This document shows positions 51,912-63,700 of a stretch of 64,000 bases of DNA, piece by piece. Below the pieces are notes generated by a model that worked only from the letters and a program-made list of their open reading frames with translations, was not told the origin of the DNA and ran no database searches. A program made the position numbers and the translations under genes. The stretch lies in IMG/VR virus record IMGVR_UViG_3300028805_000044. One strand, 5' to 3'. Position 1 is the stretch's first letter; every line of letters starts with the position of its first letter. The stretch comes from a virus. Its lineage: Duplodnaviria > Heunggongvirae > Uroviricota > Caudoviricetes.

Positions 51912-52527
51912 AATTCTTGATGGACCTCACACAGGCAAGACTTTATGGAGTGGAAGATACTGTGCCGTAGCAGCATTTGTATTTAGACGTATAGAGGGCA
52001 TATGGTCAGTTCTAGCCAATCTTCGTGGTCCTGGTACACCAGACTTCCAAGGGTGTTGGAACGCAGTGTGCGGCTTCCTAGAGGCCAATGAGAGTGCTGA
52101 ACAGGGTTGTTCACGAGAAATTTTTGAGGAAACTGGGTATGAGATAAAACCAGAAAAATTTCTGCAAGTATTTACTCACACCGATCCAGAGACTTCAAAT
52201 AATGCTAACGTTACTATAAGACATCTTGCAATATTCTTTGAACACGAATTAGGTCCTAGACAAACACCTAATGGAGGAGAAGACCAGGAAGTCGACGCAG
52301 TAAGTTGGATTGCTATTGATGAAATAGATAATTATAAATGGGCATTTGATCATGAAAAGATTATAAAGGACTTATTCTATAATTATATCTACCCACTTAC
52401 AGAATATTCTCCATTATCTCCTGGTGATTACTTTATGCTTGGTAATAGAAAATGGTTACAGAAGAATCCTTTAGTGAAGAAGATACTTAAAACTAAGGTA
52501 CTTGGAACATTTGAATTATATGATTAA
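51889..52527 (+). CDS. Nudix hydrolase
   Basis: Nudix box GFLEANESAEQGCSREIFEETGY. Confidence 0.75.
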   Translation: MEKNWSYKILDGPHTGKTLWSGRYCAVAAFVFRRIEGIWSVLANLRGPGTPDFQGCWNAVCGFLEANESAEQGCSREIFEETGYEIKPEKFLQVFTHTDPETSNNANVTIRHLAIFFEHELGPRQTPNGGEDQEVDAVSWIAIDEIDNYKWAFDHEKIIKDLFYNYIYPLTEYSPLSPGDYFMLGNRKWLQKNPLVKKILKTKVLGTFELYD

Positions 52528-52957
52528 TATTGATAACTTAATAGCAGAAGCACGTAAAGAGCAAAATCCAATTAAATTAGAAGCATATAAACAAGTTAAG
52601 CAAGAATTCTTACTTAGAAAAACTAAGGGAGAAGATATTAATACAAATACTGAAGTTGCTGTACTTAAGAAACTTGTTGGGCATTATACAGATCAAGCTC
52701 AGATGTACCAAATAAATGGAAGAGAAGAAATAGCAAATGAATATACAGCATATGCTAATGAACTCAAAAAGCTTCTTCCAGAAATGATGTCTGCTTCAGA
52801 AATTGAAGAGAAAGTAAATTATATAATTGAACATAATTTTGATGGAATGCCTACTAAAAAGGACATGGGTAAAATTATCAAAATGTTCAAGGATAGTTAT
52901 TCCAATGCAGATGGTGCAGTACTAGCTAATATAGTCAAAGCAAAGATATTTGTATGA
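52502..52957 (+). CDS. YqeY/GatB C-terminal domain protein
   Basis: 151 aa with a typical YqeY helical pattern, ending DGAVLANIVKAKI. Confidence 0.5.
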   Translation: MEHLNYMINIDNLIAEARKEQNPIKLEAYKQVKQEFLLRKTKGEDINTNTEVAVLKKLVGHYTDQAQMYQINGREEIANEYTAYANELKKLLPEMMSASEIEEKVNYIIEHNFDGMPTKKDMGKIIKMFKDSYSNADGAVLANIVKAKIFV

Positions 52958-53523
52958 TTATAGGTATAGCAGGTAAAGCACAAGCAGGTAAGGATACTAC
53001 TGCTAAAATGTTAGCTTGCTTACTTTCTAATCCTAACTTAACATGGCAAATGTATTGGGAATCTGATATAGTATTTCCACAACAACATTTCGTTGTACAT
53101 TATGCTGACTTATTGAAGGAAATTTCTGGACCAATGCTTAATATGCCTTTTGAGAATTTTAATGATCAAGAGGTAAAACAACGTTATATTCCTTGGCTTG
53201 ACATGACTGTAAGAGAATTCTTACAAAGGTTAGGAACAGGAGTAAGAGTAGCAATTGATTCAGAATTTTGGGTAAAAGCACTATTTAATACTTATGATAA
53301 GAATATCATAGTAGCAGATGTGCGTTTCCCGAATGAAGCAGAAGCTATAAAAGAAAGAGGTGGAAAATTGATTAGAATAGAACGTCCTGGAGCTGGAGCA
53401 GGCAATCACATCAGTGAAACTGCTCTAGACGATTATAAAAGATGGGATATTGTAATTGACAATGTTGGTACACTTGAAGACTTATTTAATGTAGTAAAAT
53501 TTCATGTACAAAACAGTTTATAA
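52954..53523 (+). CDS. phage-type deoxynucleoside monophosphate kinase (P-loop)
   Basis: IIGIAGKAQAGKDT P-loop and DVRFPNEAEAIKERGGKLIRIERPG. Confidence 0.55.
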   Translation: MIIGIAGKAQAGKDTTAKMLACLLSNPNLTWQMYWESDIVFPQQHFVVHYADLLKEISGPMLNMPFENFNDQEVKQRYIPWLDMTVREFLQRLGTGVRVAIDSEFWVKALFNTYDKNIIVADVRFPNEAEAIKERGGKLIRIERPGAGAGNHISETALDDYKRWDIVIDNVGTLEDLFNVVKFHVQNSL

Positions 53524-53530
53524 AAAGAAT

Positions 53531-53566
53531 GGGGAGTCCGGTTATCGGGCTCCCCTCTTTTTTTTT
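53531..53566. terminator. bidirectional (convergent) hairpin terminator between early plus block and late minus block
   Basis: GGGGAGTCCG-loop-CGGGCTCCCC followed by T9 on the plus strand. The minus strand has the same hairpin followed by ATTCTTTTTAT. Confidence 0.65.
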
Positions 53567-56500
53567 ACTACTGGGCTTTCTTCCAAGCAGCATATGTATC
53601 TTTACCAGCACGTGCAACAGCAAAATTGCCCATAAATGCATCAGATACAGACTTACGACCTGTTACAACTTTAAGTCCATCTTGCATAACTTTAAGATTT
53701 ACTTCATACATTGGAGAAGCAGTATTATCTCCAAGCCAATCTTTAAAATTTAGAGGACCTCTAAATGAATCGTAAGAACGTCCTCCAGCTTTATAAAGTA
53801 TTTCGGTTGCTAAGTTAGCGATTACTGGATTATCTTTCATTACTTTCTTATAATCCTTATAAGCAGGATCGAGAGCAAATTTAAATATACTAAACAATAG
53901 AAGAGTTACAAACATGTCACTAAGTAACTTAGCGAGACTAGCTCTAACGGTTGGGTTAGCTCTTATATAATCTTTCATTGCTTGTAAACCTCCATCCTTA
54001 GTAATATAGTATATGTCTCTTAATGTGTAAGCAATACCTTGTACAATAGTTGGAACATTATGATATAGAGGCATTCCAGTATCCATTGTAGTAATTCCTC
54101 CATCTTCATCCAAGAATAATGGATTACCAGCCTCGTCAGTCTGTTGTTCAACATTAGAACGATTGGCACTATACTTACCAGGTTTCATAAAATAATTATT
54201 CCAAATACCATTCATCCAAGTAGTATACATACCAAAGAACCACATGAGTGTAGTATGTTCTCCCATAGACTTAAGAGACTTATCGTATGCACCATATATA
54301 TTATCAGCTACTTCCTTTACAGCAAGTATTTCTTTATCAGAATATGGAGCAGGTAAGAAAGTTTCTGCAGTCTCTGGATTAAGATCAATCTATTGTTCAG
54401 GATGTTCAGCATTCCATTCTCTTGCTTTAGACATATAAAGAGCTTTAGCCTATTTATATTCAGTAGAGTCCTTTGGAGTTCCATCTACTAGAGCCTTAAA
54501 TCTCTTATCCTTCTTCCAGTTGTATACAAGAATATCATCCTAAATTTCCCAACCTTCCCAACATCCATCTTTCATACAGCGTGCTACAAAAAGAGTCATT
54601 CTGTTGAGGAAATCAGGTCTACGAAGAGTAGCATATGCCCAGTTTCTATAATTGGTTATACCTCCTCTTCCTACTTTAAGAGATTCTGTACTAGCGAGGT
54701 CTATGTTAGATAGTCTGTAACGAGTTTGTAACTTACTAAGTAAACTAATATTCATAGTATTAGTCATACTGTGAGTAACTACATAAGCATAAGCCTCACT
54801 AAGAGTCTTAGCATCTATATCAGTATTTAATTTAGTTACAGTTCTCATAAAGTTTTCTTCAAATCCCTGGAATACATCACGGAAGAATGAAATCATATTA
54901 CCTCCAAGATTCATAAGAGTTACTTGACTGCGCACTCCAGCAAGAGCACCTGTAAGAACACGTCCAGTCTCACTCTTGATAGTAGTATTAAATACATTAA
55001 CTTTTAAGAAATCTCTAATATATTTTATTTCTCTTTCCATTATTTCTGAATTACCAGATTCTTCTCCCATAAGAGTAAGTTGGAAAAGAAGAGAACGTGT
55101 ACCAATCATAAAGTCTTTAAGTTTGGTGCATTCTACCTATTTAGATAGATATTCAACAAGAATATTTTCGATATTAGTTTCAAAGAAATCTACTCCTTGA
55201 GCATCTATAAATTCTTGTCTAGTTCCTGCTCTGTCCATCTCATCTCCTATATCAAACATATTATGAACATATCCAAGTTTTTCCTTGTCAGCTTCAAGAC
55301 CTTGTTTTATAAGGCTTCTTTCTTGTTCTGTAAGTTTTTCAACCTGTTCATCATAGTATTGTTCTGGATTCTTTATTACATTCCAAACTCTCCTAGCTCT
55401 ACCTTTCCAAGTACTTGCATCTAGATTCTACATAACACGTGTAGAATTAGAAGCTCTCATAAGAGGACACCATAAATATTTAAATCCACCAGCACTTTCG
55501 GCAATAAATTTAGGTATAGCTGGACTATCATAACTTCCAAAGCCGTGCACATCAGTACCTTTATTTCTAATTAAATAGAATTGATAAAGTGCCTGTTTTA
55601 AGAACTTAGCCTCTTCAGGTCTAAGACTACCATCGGTCCAAGGATTCTTAAAGCGCATAGTTTTATTGTTCTATTCATCTCTTTCAAACATATTATCAAA
55701 GAGAGATGCTTCGTTACCGAGAGTAGCATTTTGAGCAAGTCCATAACCTTTAGCCTTTAAGAATTCCATGATGAATCCTCTCATATTCTTAGCATGATAC
55801 TGTTCTACTTCAGTAGCAATACTATTGTATGTAGCAGCTAAGTTATCAGTTACTATACGAATATTCTAATTAGGGATGTGGTTTGTAGTAGACATATGTC
55901 TATATATATCAGTAAGTTCCATCTCATAGTTAAGACGTTCTCCTGTATAATGATGATAGGCATCAGATATTACTCTATAAAGTCTACATAATTTCTATTC
56001 ATTACCATGTCCCATTTGTCCGTTAGCATATCTAGCTATTTCGTCAAATTTCTTAGTTGGAAGTTTTAGATATAAACTATTAAGAAGTTCTTTAAGAATC
56101 ACCGTCTTTTTATAATCTTCATCACTTCCTACAAGATCTGCTAAAGCTTGAAATTTATCTGGAGAATATTCCATCATCTGTCCTTCTCCTTTAGCCTATG
56201 TAAGTAAAGCAAACTCATATAGTACAGCGTCAAGAGGATCGACAAATTGTTCTTTCTTAAGATTTCTAAAGTTATTAGGGAATTCTATATCAGATTCTTT
56301 AGATACAGTATCGATTATCTCTGGAAGATAATTCTTTGTAATGTCACCAATAGCATAGTTTCTTGAGTTACCATTATGACTAAGTACTTTGACTCTTCCA
56401 AGTTTTATGTTTTCCATATCCATAGTTGGAAGAACCTAGTTAAGAAGGATGATAGCACGAATTACTTCTGCATTACCATAATCGCCTCTCAATGTGTTTG

Positions 56501-58223
56501 TTTGTACATCAGTCTTAAATGCACCTAGAAGAGTATGTCTTCCTTTACCAAATGGTATTTCAGCATTACAATCAAAAGAACTAAGGGATATAATATCAAG
56601 TTGTCCTGTTTCCTTGTTCTCCATTAAAATGACATTGTAATCAAGAAGTTCATCGCGTAACTTCCATCTATAAGTCATAGAGCGTTTTCCTGTTCTAGGA
56701 TCTGCAGGTCCCCATTCTATATCATTAAAATAAACATCAAGCATAGTTTTAATAAATCCTCTAGAACTAGATAATCCTTTTAGCTTATCTATAATATCAG
56801 ACTCTGGAACATACACTCCATGTTCTGTTACTTGATTCATTTTACGTATAGCTTCTTTAAGAGTATGTACTGTCTATAAAGTATCATCCTCTATTTCATT
56901 AAGATTATCAACTACTATATCAAGGATATCCTAATTTATATTTTTATTTTTATTAGATTTAGGTCTGTAAGATTTTCCTCCTATAATAACCTCCCATCTA
57001 CCTTTTTCATCATTTACCTCTCTAATAACAAGAGGTTCTGCTTCACCAGCTTCTGGTGCATGTTTAATAAGTTCAATAGCAGAACGGTGAATTCCTTCAC
57101 TTCTCATATTAAGAATTGGGAAGGTATTTTGAAATAATTCATCAGCTTTATCAAAGGTTTCTATAGATACTTTAGGAATTGATACATTACTTGGAATAAA
57201 ATGTCTAGCATGTTTATCGTACTGTCCAAGCATATAATCACCAGTCCTATTTACAGAGATGTTTTGTGGAGCTCCTATTGTTACTTTTTCTAAGTCTCCA
57301 TCTTCGCCGTAAGTCATATGAACAGGAACTATATTAAGTTCTATGTTTTTAACTGGAATTCCATTATAAGCAAGCATCTATTTAAGGAAAGCCATACCAT
57401 AATTATATTTCTTCCACTTATCCTTAGACCAATTATTCATGGTCTATTGAGAAGCTTTAAAATTATAAATATGTAATGTTCCAGATGAATCTACTGATAA
57501 ATAGTCTACGTGACCAACAAGTTCTTTTCCAAGAGCCTCTATTTTAGCTTTAAGCCCTACGTTGCCTATAATAACTGGACCAACTTGTGTGTGATAAATA
57601 TACTGATTTACAAAGTTTTCCATTTGACTCTTTATACCTTCTAACATTGATGTCTTTCCTTCAAATGGAGTCCCATCAACTACTTCAGATACAGCTCTTA
57701 CATAATCAGAAGATTTAGTTTTTGTAGAAATAACTCCAAAACCGTCTATTATTTTGTGGAAAACTACAGAATCCTTCTTAAATTGGTCCATATTTTCAAG
57801 ATGTGTATCTACTTCTTTAGTAGCTGCTTCTTCTGTATATCCTTTATCATGTACAAGACTATCAATTTCTCTCTTTCTAAATTCTTCTTTGTTATAAGGA
57901 CGAACAAGAGGAACTCCATCTATAAGGCAAGCTGGATCCTCAATAAATTCTTGATAAGAAAGAATAGAACCGTCTCCTCCAAGTTCATCATCATATGTTG
58001 AGGCTACTCTAGAAGTAGTCATTATATAGTCATGCTTTACTTCTCCAATTCTAGTTATTATAGAATCTTTATAAGGATCTTTAGAATATACTATATCACT
58101 TATTTTAGATATAGTTTTTGTATCTAAAACTTTTGCGAACTACTCGTCTACGTACTACAATAGTTCTATAAAGGATATATCTTTCTATCCTGTGCTTAGT
58201 ACATCATAAGTACATTCTTTCAT
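53565..58223 (-). CDS. giant late protein A (about 1552 codons), TAG-recoded; virion/ejected-protein candidate
   Basis: One frame (coordinate mod 3 = 0) runs from ATG 58221-58223 to TAA 53565-53567. It is interrupted only by in-frame TAG at 17 positions (58185, 58155, 58140, 57444, 56931, 56436, 56196, 55995, 55866, 55671, 55428, 55137, 54540, 53568 and others in 54267-54539). The start overlaps the gene B stop (TAATG). Confidence 0.7.
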
Positions 58224-60736
58224 TAGTCACACTTTTCTATAATGTCTTTACCTATTTGCTCGCTTATCCAGTTAGCCTTCTATCTTTGAACTTGTATATT
58301 TTTATCTTTAAGAAAACTTATATTATCACTAACGTGTTTAGCTATGTTTGAATTGAATCTCTTCCAAATACCATCAAGAGAACCATCGAAGTCACGTATT
58401 GATTTACCTCTATCTTTTCTATCAAAGATAGTATCCACCATTGCTTTTATTTTGTCATTAGTTGCAAATAAAGAACTTAGATCATAAGGAAGGTTATCTT
58501 CCATAAATTCTCCATATAAATCAGCAACTACTTCTTCTGCTAAGTCCATTCTACTTACATTTGGAAAGTTTTTCATTTTCTTAGCTAAAGCTCTCTATCC
58601 TCTTTCAGTACTGAGAATTTTGTCTATAAGTTCTATGTAGCTCTCCCTAAGTTCTGGATCAGCTTTCATTGCTCCTAAGAACAAGTGTGCATATTCATGA
58701 AATGCATCTGAACCTTTAGCTATAGCCCTATTTATATAGATTTCTCCATTACGAATAAAGGCTCTTACAAGGTTCAAGTCTTCAATTCCCATTTCTGTAA
58801 GTTCTTCTTCTCCTACAATATTTACTGGAACTCCGAATTTTTCTTTCATTTCTACAGCTATACTATTCAATAGCTATATAACTGGAGTTCTCTTTTGAGC
58901 TCTTTTTGTAGTTACAGCAGTTTCATCTGTAGGAATATAGTGTATACGATAACGTCCTTCGTCAACTTTAAATGCTTTACTTACATAATAGAATGAAGGT
59001 TTCTTTGTATCTATGTTAGTAAGTATTTCATTTATTTTCTTTTCATTGGTTCTTGGATATGTAGTTTGTCCTTCTTCTGTAATATTGAGTTCTCTATTTA
59101 TTTCACTTATAAAAATAACAGCTTTTTCTGCTGTATTTATTTTCTGTTTTATAGATTCTTTGGTAGCAGTAGTTATATCTGTCCAAGTATCTATATAGTT
59201 ATAGAAATCTTGAAGAGTTTTGTCCAACAACAAATACTCTTCATCAAACATACTAGTAGCTCTTACATCTAAAGGTATATCTAACATAGAAAATACAGTA
59301 CCTTCAGGTATAAATCTTGGGCTAGCAAAAGTTCTACCTCCTCTTTCCTTTATATCATTACCAATAAAACTTTCTTTAAGATCAATAAAACCATCTTTTC
59401 TGAGATTTCTTGTTAAATAATGATTATCAATCCATTCTTGAGCTTCAATAAGACTAGCAAATCTTATAGCTTGTAAATTTTCATTTATAAAGTAAGGAGT
59501 AACAAAATAATAAGTTTGAGTTTTATCTCCAACTTCTTTTGTTTGACTATAAATATGGTATCCATTTCTAGTTTCTTCCTTTGTAAATGAGGCTACAGTA
59601 TCGTAAGAAAATCCATATAAAGAATGTAAAGTTGGGAATTTATTTTCTAATATAAGACTCTTGCTATTCATACTTACGGGTTTTAGAGATAAAGGATTTT
59701 CATTAGGTTCTAAGAAAGTATTAATAGCATTAAATAGAGTAGTCATTCCCCATTGATCGGAATCATCATCGACATGTCTTGCAAGATAGGCATCTCTTTC
59801 TCTTGTTAGAGCTTCTAAGAATTTCTTTTCTTCGTCATTAAGTCCAGTAATAGCAGATATATGTTCTATTACTTGACCAGCTTTCTTAGAAAATAATTCC
59901 TTAAGAACTTTCTAAGCTGTAAATATATGCGGATAGCGAACTTGTAATTGTTTAGCAAACTCACTCAAATCAAGAGTAAAATCTCCATTTGTACGTCCCT
60001 TTAGACGTTGATTAAACTCATTGAGTATAGGATTTTTATATTGTTTCTTAGATGGAACATCCCTAATAATATTTCCAACTAAATTAAGTATTACATAGGC
60101 AGATCTTCCATTTACTACAGTTTTAGAACTTCTTATTTTACTTTTATCATTTAAAAATGATAACATTAATTCTTCAGGACTCATTTTTTCTTTATCAGCA
60201 ATCTCTTGTAAGTCCTTAGCAAGATCTTCTTCTAATCCTTTTAACCATTCTCCATTTAATACTTTATCTCTAATCTTTAAGTAAGAAGCAAGTTGTACGA
60301 GAGAATCTTTGTCTCCTCTCACTACAAATATTTCTCTTCCACTTTTATCTAGAACTCTTCCGGATACCGGAAATTTAGAATTAAGATCGAGATTATCAAG
60401 TAATAATATAGGAACATTTGTATCTGGAAATTCAATTTCTGGATAAGTGTCCTATATATATTTAGCATTTACATTTGGAACAAGTCCTTCCTTTCCACTA
60501 ATCTTTGAATATGTAACAGCATAAGAAACAGCACTATTATCTTTTAAGTTCTACATAATATCGGACTTAATGCTATTCCATTGATTTTTATGTTTGGCTA
60601 TTATTGCTGCTAATCTTTGTTGGAAGACATCTGCGGGGAGGGAATGTTCTCCCTCCTATCCGTAGATTTCTTCTTCAGGGACTGTAATCCTATGTTCATA
60701 GTCCCCGAACTTAAAAGTTATAGTACAATTCTTCAT
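58223..60736 (-). CDS. large late protein B (about 837 codons), TAG-recoded, contains HExxH zincin motif
   Basis: One frame (mod 3 = 2) runs from ATG 60734-60736 to TAA 58223-58225, with in-frame TAG at 60656, 60551, 60452, 59912, 58874, 58595, 58280. FHEYAHLF lies in the 58595-58870 segment. Start ATG overlaps the gene C stop (ATGA). Confidence 0.65.
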
Positions 60737-63700
60737 GCACAAATTACGTCTAATAATAATTTACTTGATCTCATTAGATTAGCTATTGCTTCTATAGGAG
60801 AATCATCTAATAAGTTCTACGTCTTAACTAGGATGTCTGAATAAGGTTTACCAAGTACAAAGTAAGCACGTTGTAGATAGAATCTATGAAGCATTTGTTC
60901 AACACTTTCTCCAGTTACTGGTGGAAGTATATCATCCATAGGCTTATAGTTAAATCCATCACGTTTATAATACTTAGGTACTTTATCCTCATACATTATA
61001 ACTACTGGATCTGTTTGTCCCTCAAGACTGGTTACTATTCTAGCTTGAGAAATAAATAAGTCCATAGCAGTAAAGTTCATCATATCGTCAATACTGCCAT
61101 TCTTGTAGTCATATTCTCCTACATATTTCAAATATCTATTTATTAAGTTATCGCCTTTACTATCAAATTCCTTTACGAAATTCTCAAATATCTTTGTTAG
61201 ACGATCAGAACCATACTAGTTCTTATTAACTATCAAATTATATAGAGCGAACCAATCAGCTAAAGAATATTCTCCAATCTTAAAGTTTTGTAATTGGTTA
61301 AGTCCTTTACTAAACTTAGATAATTGTATTCTTGTATATGCTGAATCCGAAGAGATATTAACATTGGTCTTCCAAACAGGAACATCTCTATCATTACCTC
61401 TCATAAGAGACATAATAAATGGGTTGTAACGGATAGTTTCTTTGTCTTGGTCAGACCACTCTCCATAAGTTCCTGCCTTTAATCCAGGAATAACTACATT
61501 TTCAAAGTAATATTTAAATGAAGCAATTCCTTCTTCAGTACTTAAATTAATAAGTCCATCTTTAACTATTGAAATAGTTCTATTACTGTTAATAACAGAA
61601 CCGCTAACAGGGAATCTAAAATTACCATCTACAACAAATTGCTGCATCATTAGATTAGAAGCAAATCCTAGTATTCTAGAATAATACTTGTCATCTATAT
61701 ACATTGTAGGACATTCTTTATTTATTTTTTCAAGACAAGCATTTAATATACGGCTCTTAACAGCAAATTGGTTTACTGTACATTCACCTCCAAGTAATTT
61801 GAACATACTCTTAAAGTGTGGTAATGTAGTAGCTATAGCAAATATATTAAGGCTCACCTTTATCTAGTTGTAATATTCAGCAACTCTCCTTTGATATTCT
61901 TCATCCTATAACCATCTAACTGGATCAAATCTTCCTCCCATTATATCAGCATAACGTTCAGGATTCTTTATTTCATTATCAGGTATAAGATTACCTTTAT
62001 TATCTAAGACTCCTACTTCTTTTTCTCTTCCAGTAATAATCTTCTTAATGTTACTTAGATAACCTACCAAGTCCTCTGCCTTACCTGGAAGACCTTGGTT
62101 AATACTAAGAAGACGTCCGAAGGTACTGAACTCATCAGCTCCAGCTTGTACAGTCTTAAATTCAGCTATATCAGCAAGTGCTTCTTGTACTTGTACAGCA
62201 GTCAAATTAGATGGAACTATACTTTTTATAAGTGCTAATTTCTTTCTAGAACCTGGAACTTCTCCATTTTCATCTTCGAAATGGTCAGCATCCTTATTAA
62301 TTGCATAATTCTTCAAGTAATTTTCTATCTCCGTTATAGCTTCATCGACTCTTAAATCTTGTCCTAAGAATATATTAGGATCAGAAAGAGCATCTATCCA
62401 AGAAACTGCATTACTAGTCATAAACTTAACTATATCGTTAATATCATATCCCATAGTCATTAGGAATAGATAGCACTTAGCTAACTTACTACCAGCATTA
62501 ATCTTAGCAAGAATAAGTTCTTTAGCATTATCAGTAGCTGCAGAAATCATCTGGCTAATAATAATATCAACGGGAATCTTAGATTTTAACTTTCCATTCT
62601 ATATAAGTTGTACAAGGTTAGGATCTACTATACCTTCTGTATTTATATCAGGGAGTATTGAAGTAGATACTTGTCTCATCATTGGTTTACCATTAGTATC
62701 TTTAATACTTCTACCAGCAATACGGCTTGTAGAGAAATTAAATCTTGCATAATCCAAATCAGAGAAAGGAGTAGGAATTACTTCTCCATTTTCAACTCTG
62801 TAATCAAGTCCTAATTTAGCATTTTTATATGTATCATTCAAGTAGAACATCCACATAAATGCTCCTTTCTGACCTGTAGCTGAAATAGCAATAACATTCT
62901 TACCAGTCATATTCTAATACTGCATAGTATATACAGAAAGTGGATTCATAAGAGTTATTTCCAATGATTCAGCTCCTTTAGGAGAGTCATCTGCTGCATC
63001 TCTAAGGTCGTTCATATCTACAGGAACGTAAGAATCAGCAGCATTTCTAACATGCTATATAGTATTTTGAATATGCACAGAAATAAAGTTTCTAAGAGCT
63101 TGTGCTTTTATTTCTGCAGGAAGTTTAGTTGCATTATGTTGGTTAAGAGTCTTTATTATTTCTTCTGAAGCTCCTTTAACTTTAGTACCATCTTCTAATT
63201 TATTAAAAATACTAACATATGCGAGTATTCTATTTGTCTTATATTGACTTATTAATTTAGAATCTGAAATACCCTATTTAAGTGCAGCATCAGCCTCTGT
63301 GATTATTTTAGCTTCTTCAGAAACATCAATTCCATCTTGTGCTTCCTCTATAACTACTCCATTCTTTGGAAGAGGTAAATATTCAGAAGCCTTTATAGTT
63401 TCTAGATCATTATAGTCAAAGAGACTAGACCAACCTATATATTGTCCATTATCATCAAATGCAAGTCCCATTATATAAGCCTTATCAATATCATAGTCAG
63501 AACCTTGAAGCCAGGTCTACCAATGGCTTACATAGGCTAAGTTACTTCCTTCAGCAGTATAAGCAACCTGTCTCATATTCATAAATGACTATAATGTCTA
63601 AGCAGGAATACGAGAAGCTGTATAATACTGAGACCTTAAGAATGAATAATATTTCTTATAGTTTAGACCATTCTTAGCAGCTACAGTTCTGTCATCTATT

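Noticed and set aside
53529-60844. Plus-strand ORFs inside the late block (53529..53753, 54144..54356, 54244..54438, 54976..55200, 55197..55424, 57756..58001, 59013..59420, 60617..60844)
   Set aside because: They are low-complexity, hydrophobic or Ser/Phe/Ile-rich shadow ORFs antisense to the large minus-strand genes.
53568-63471. Treating the 17 minus-strand ORF fragments as separate small genes or as a decayed pseudogene array
   Set aside because: They fall in only three frames. Every interrupting stop is TAG (28 of 28). There are zero in-frame TAA/TGA over about 10.4 kb. The merged frames end in precise ATGA/TAATG couplings. This fits a recoded sense codon, not random decay.
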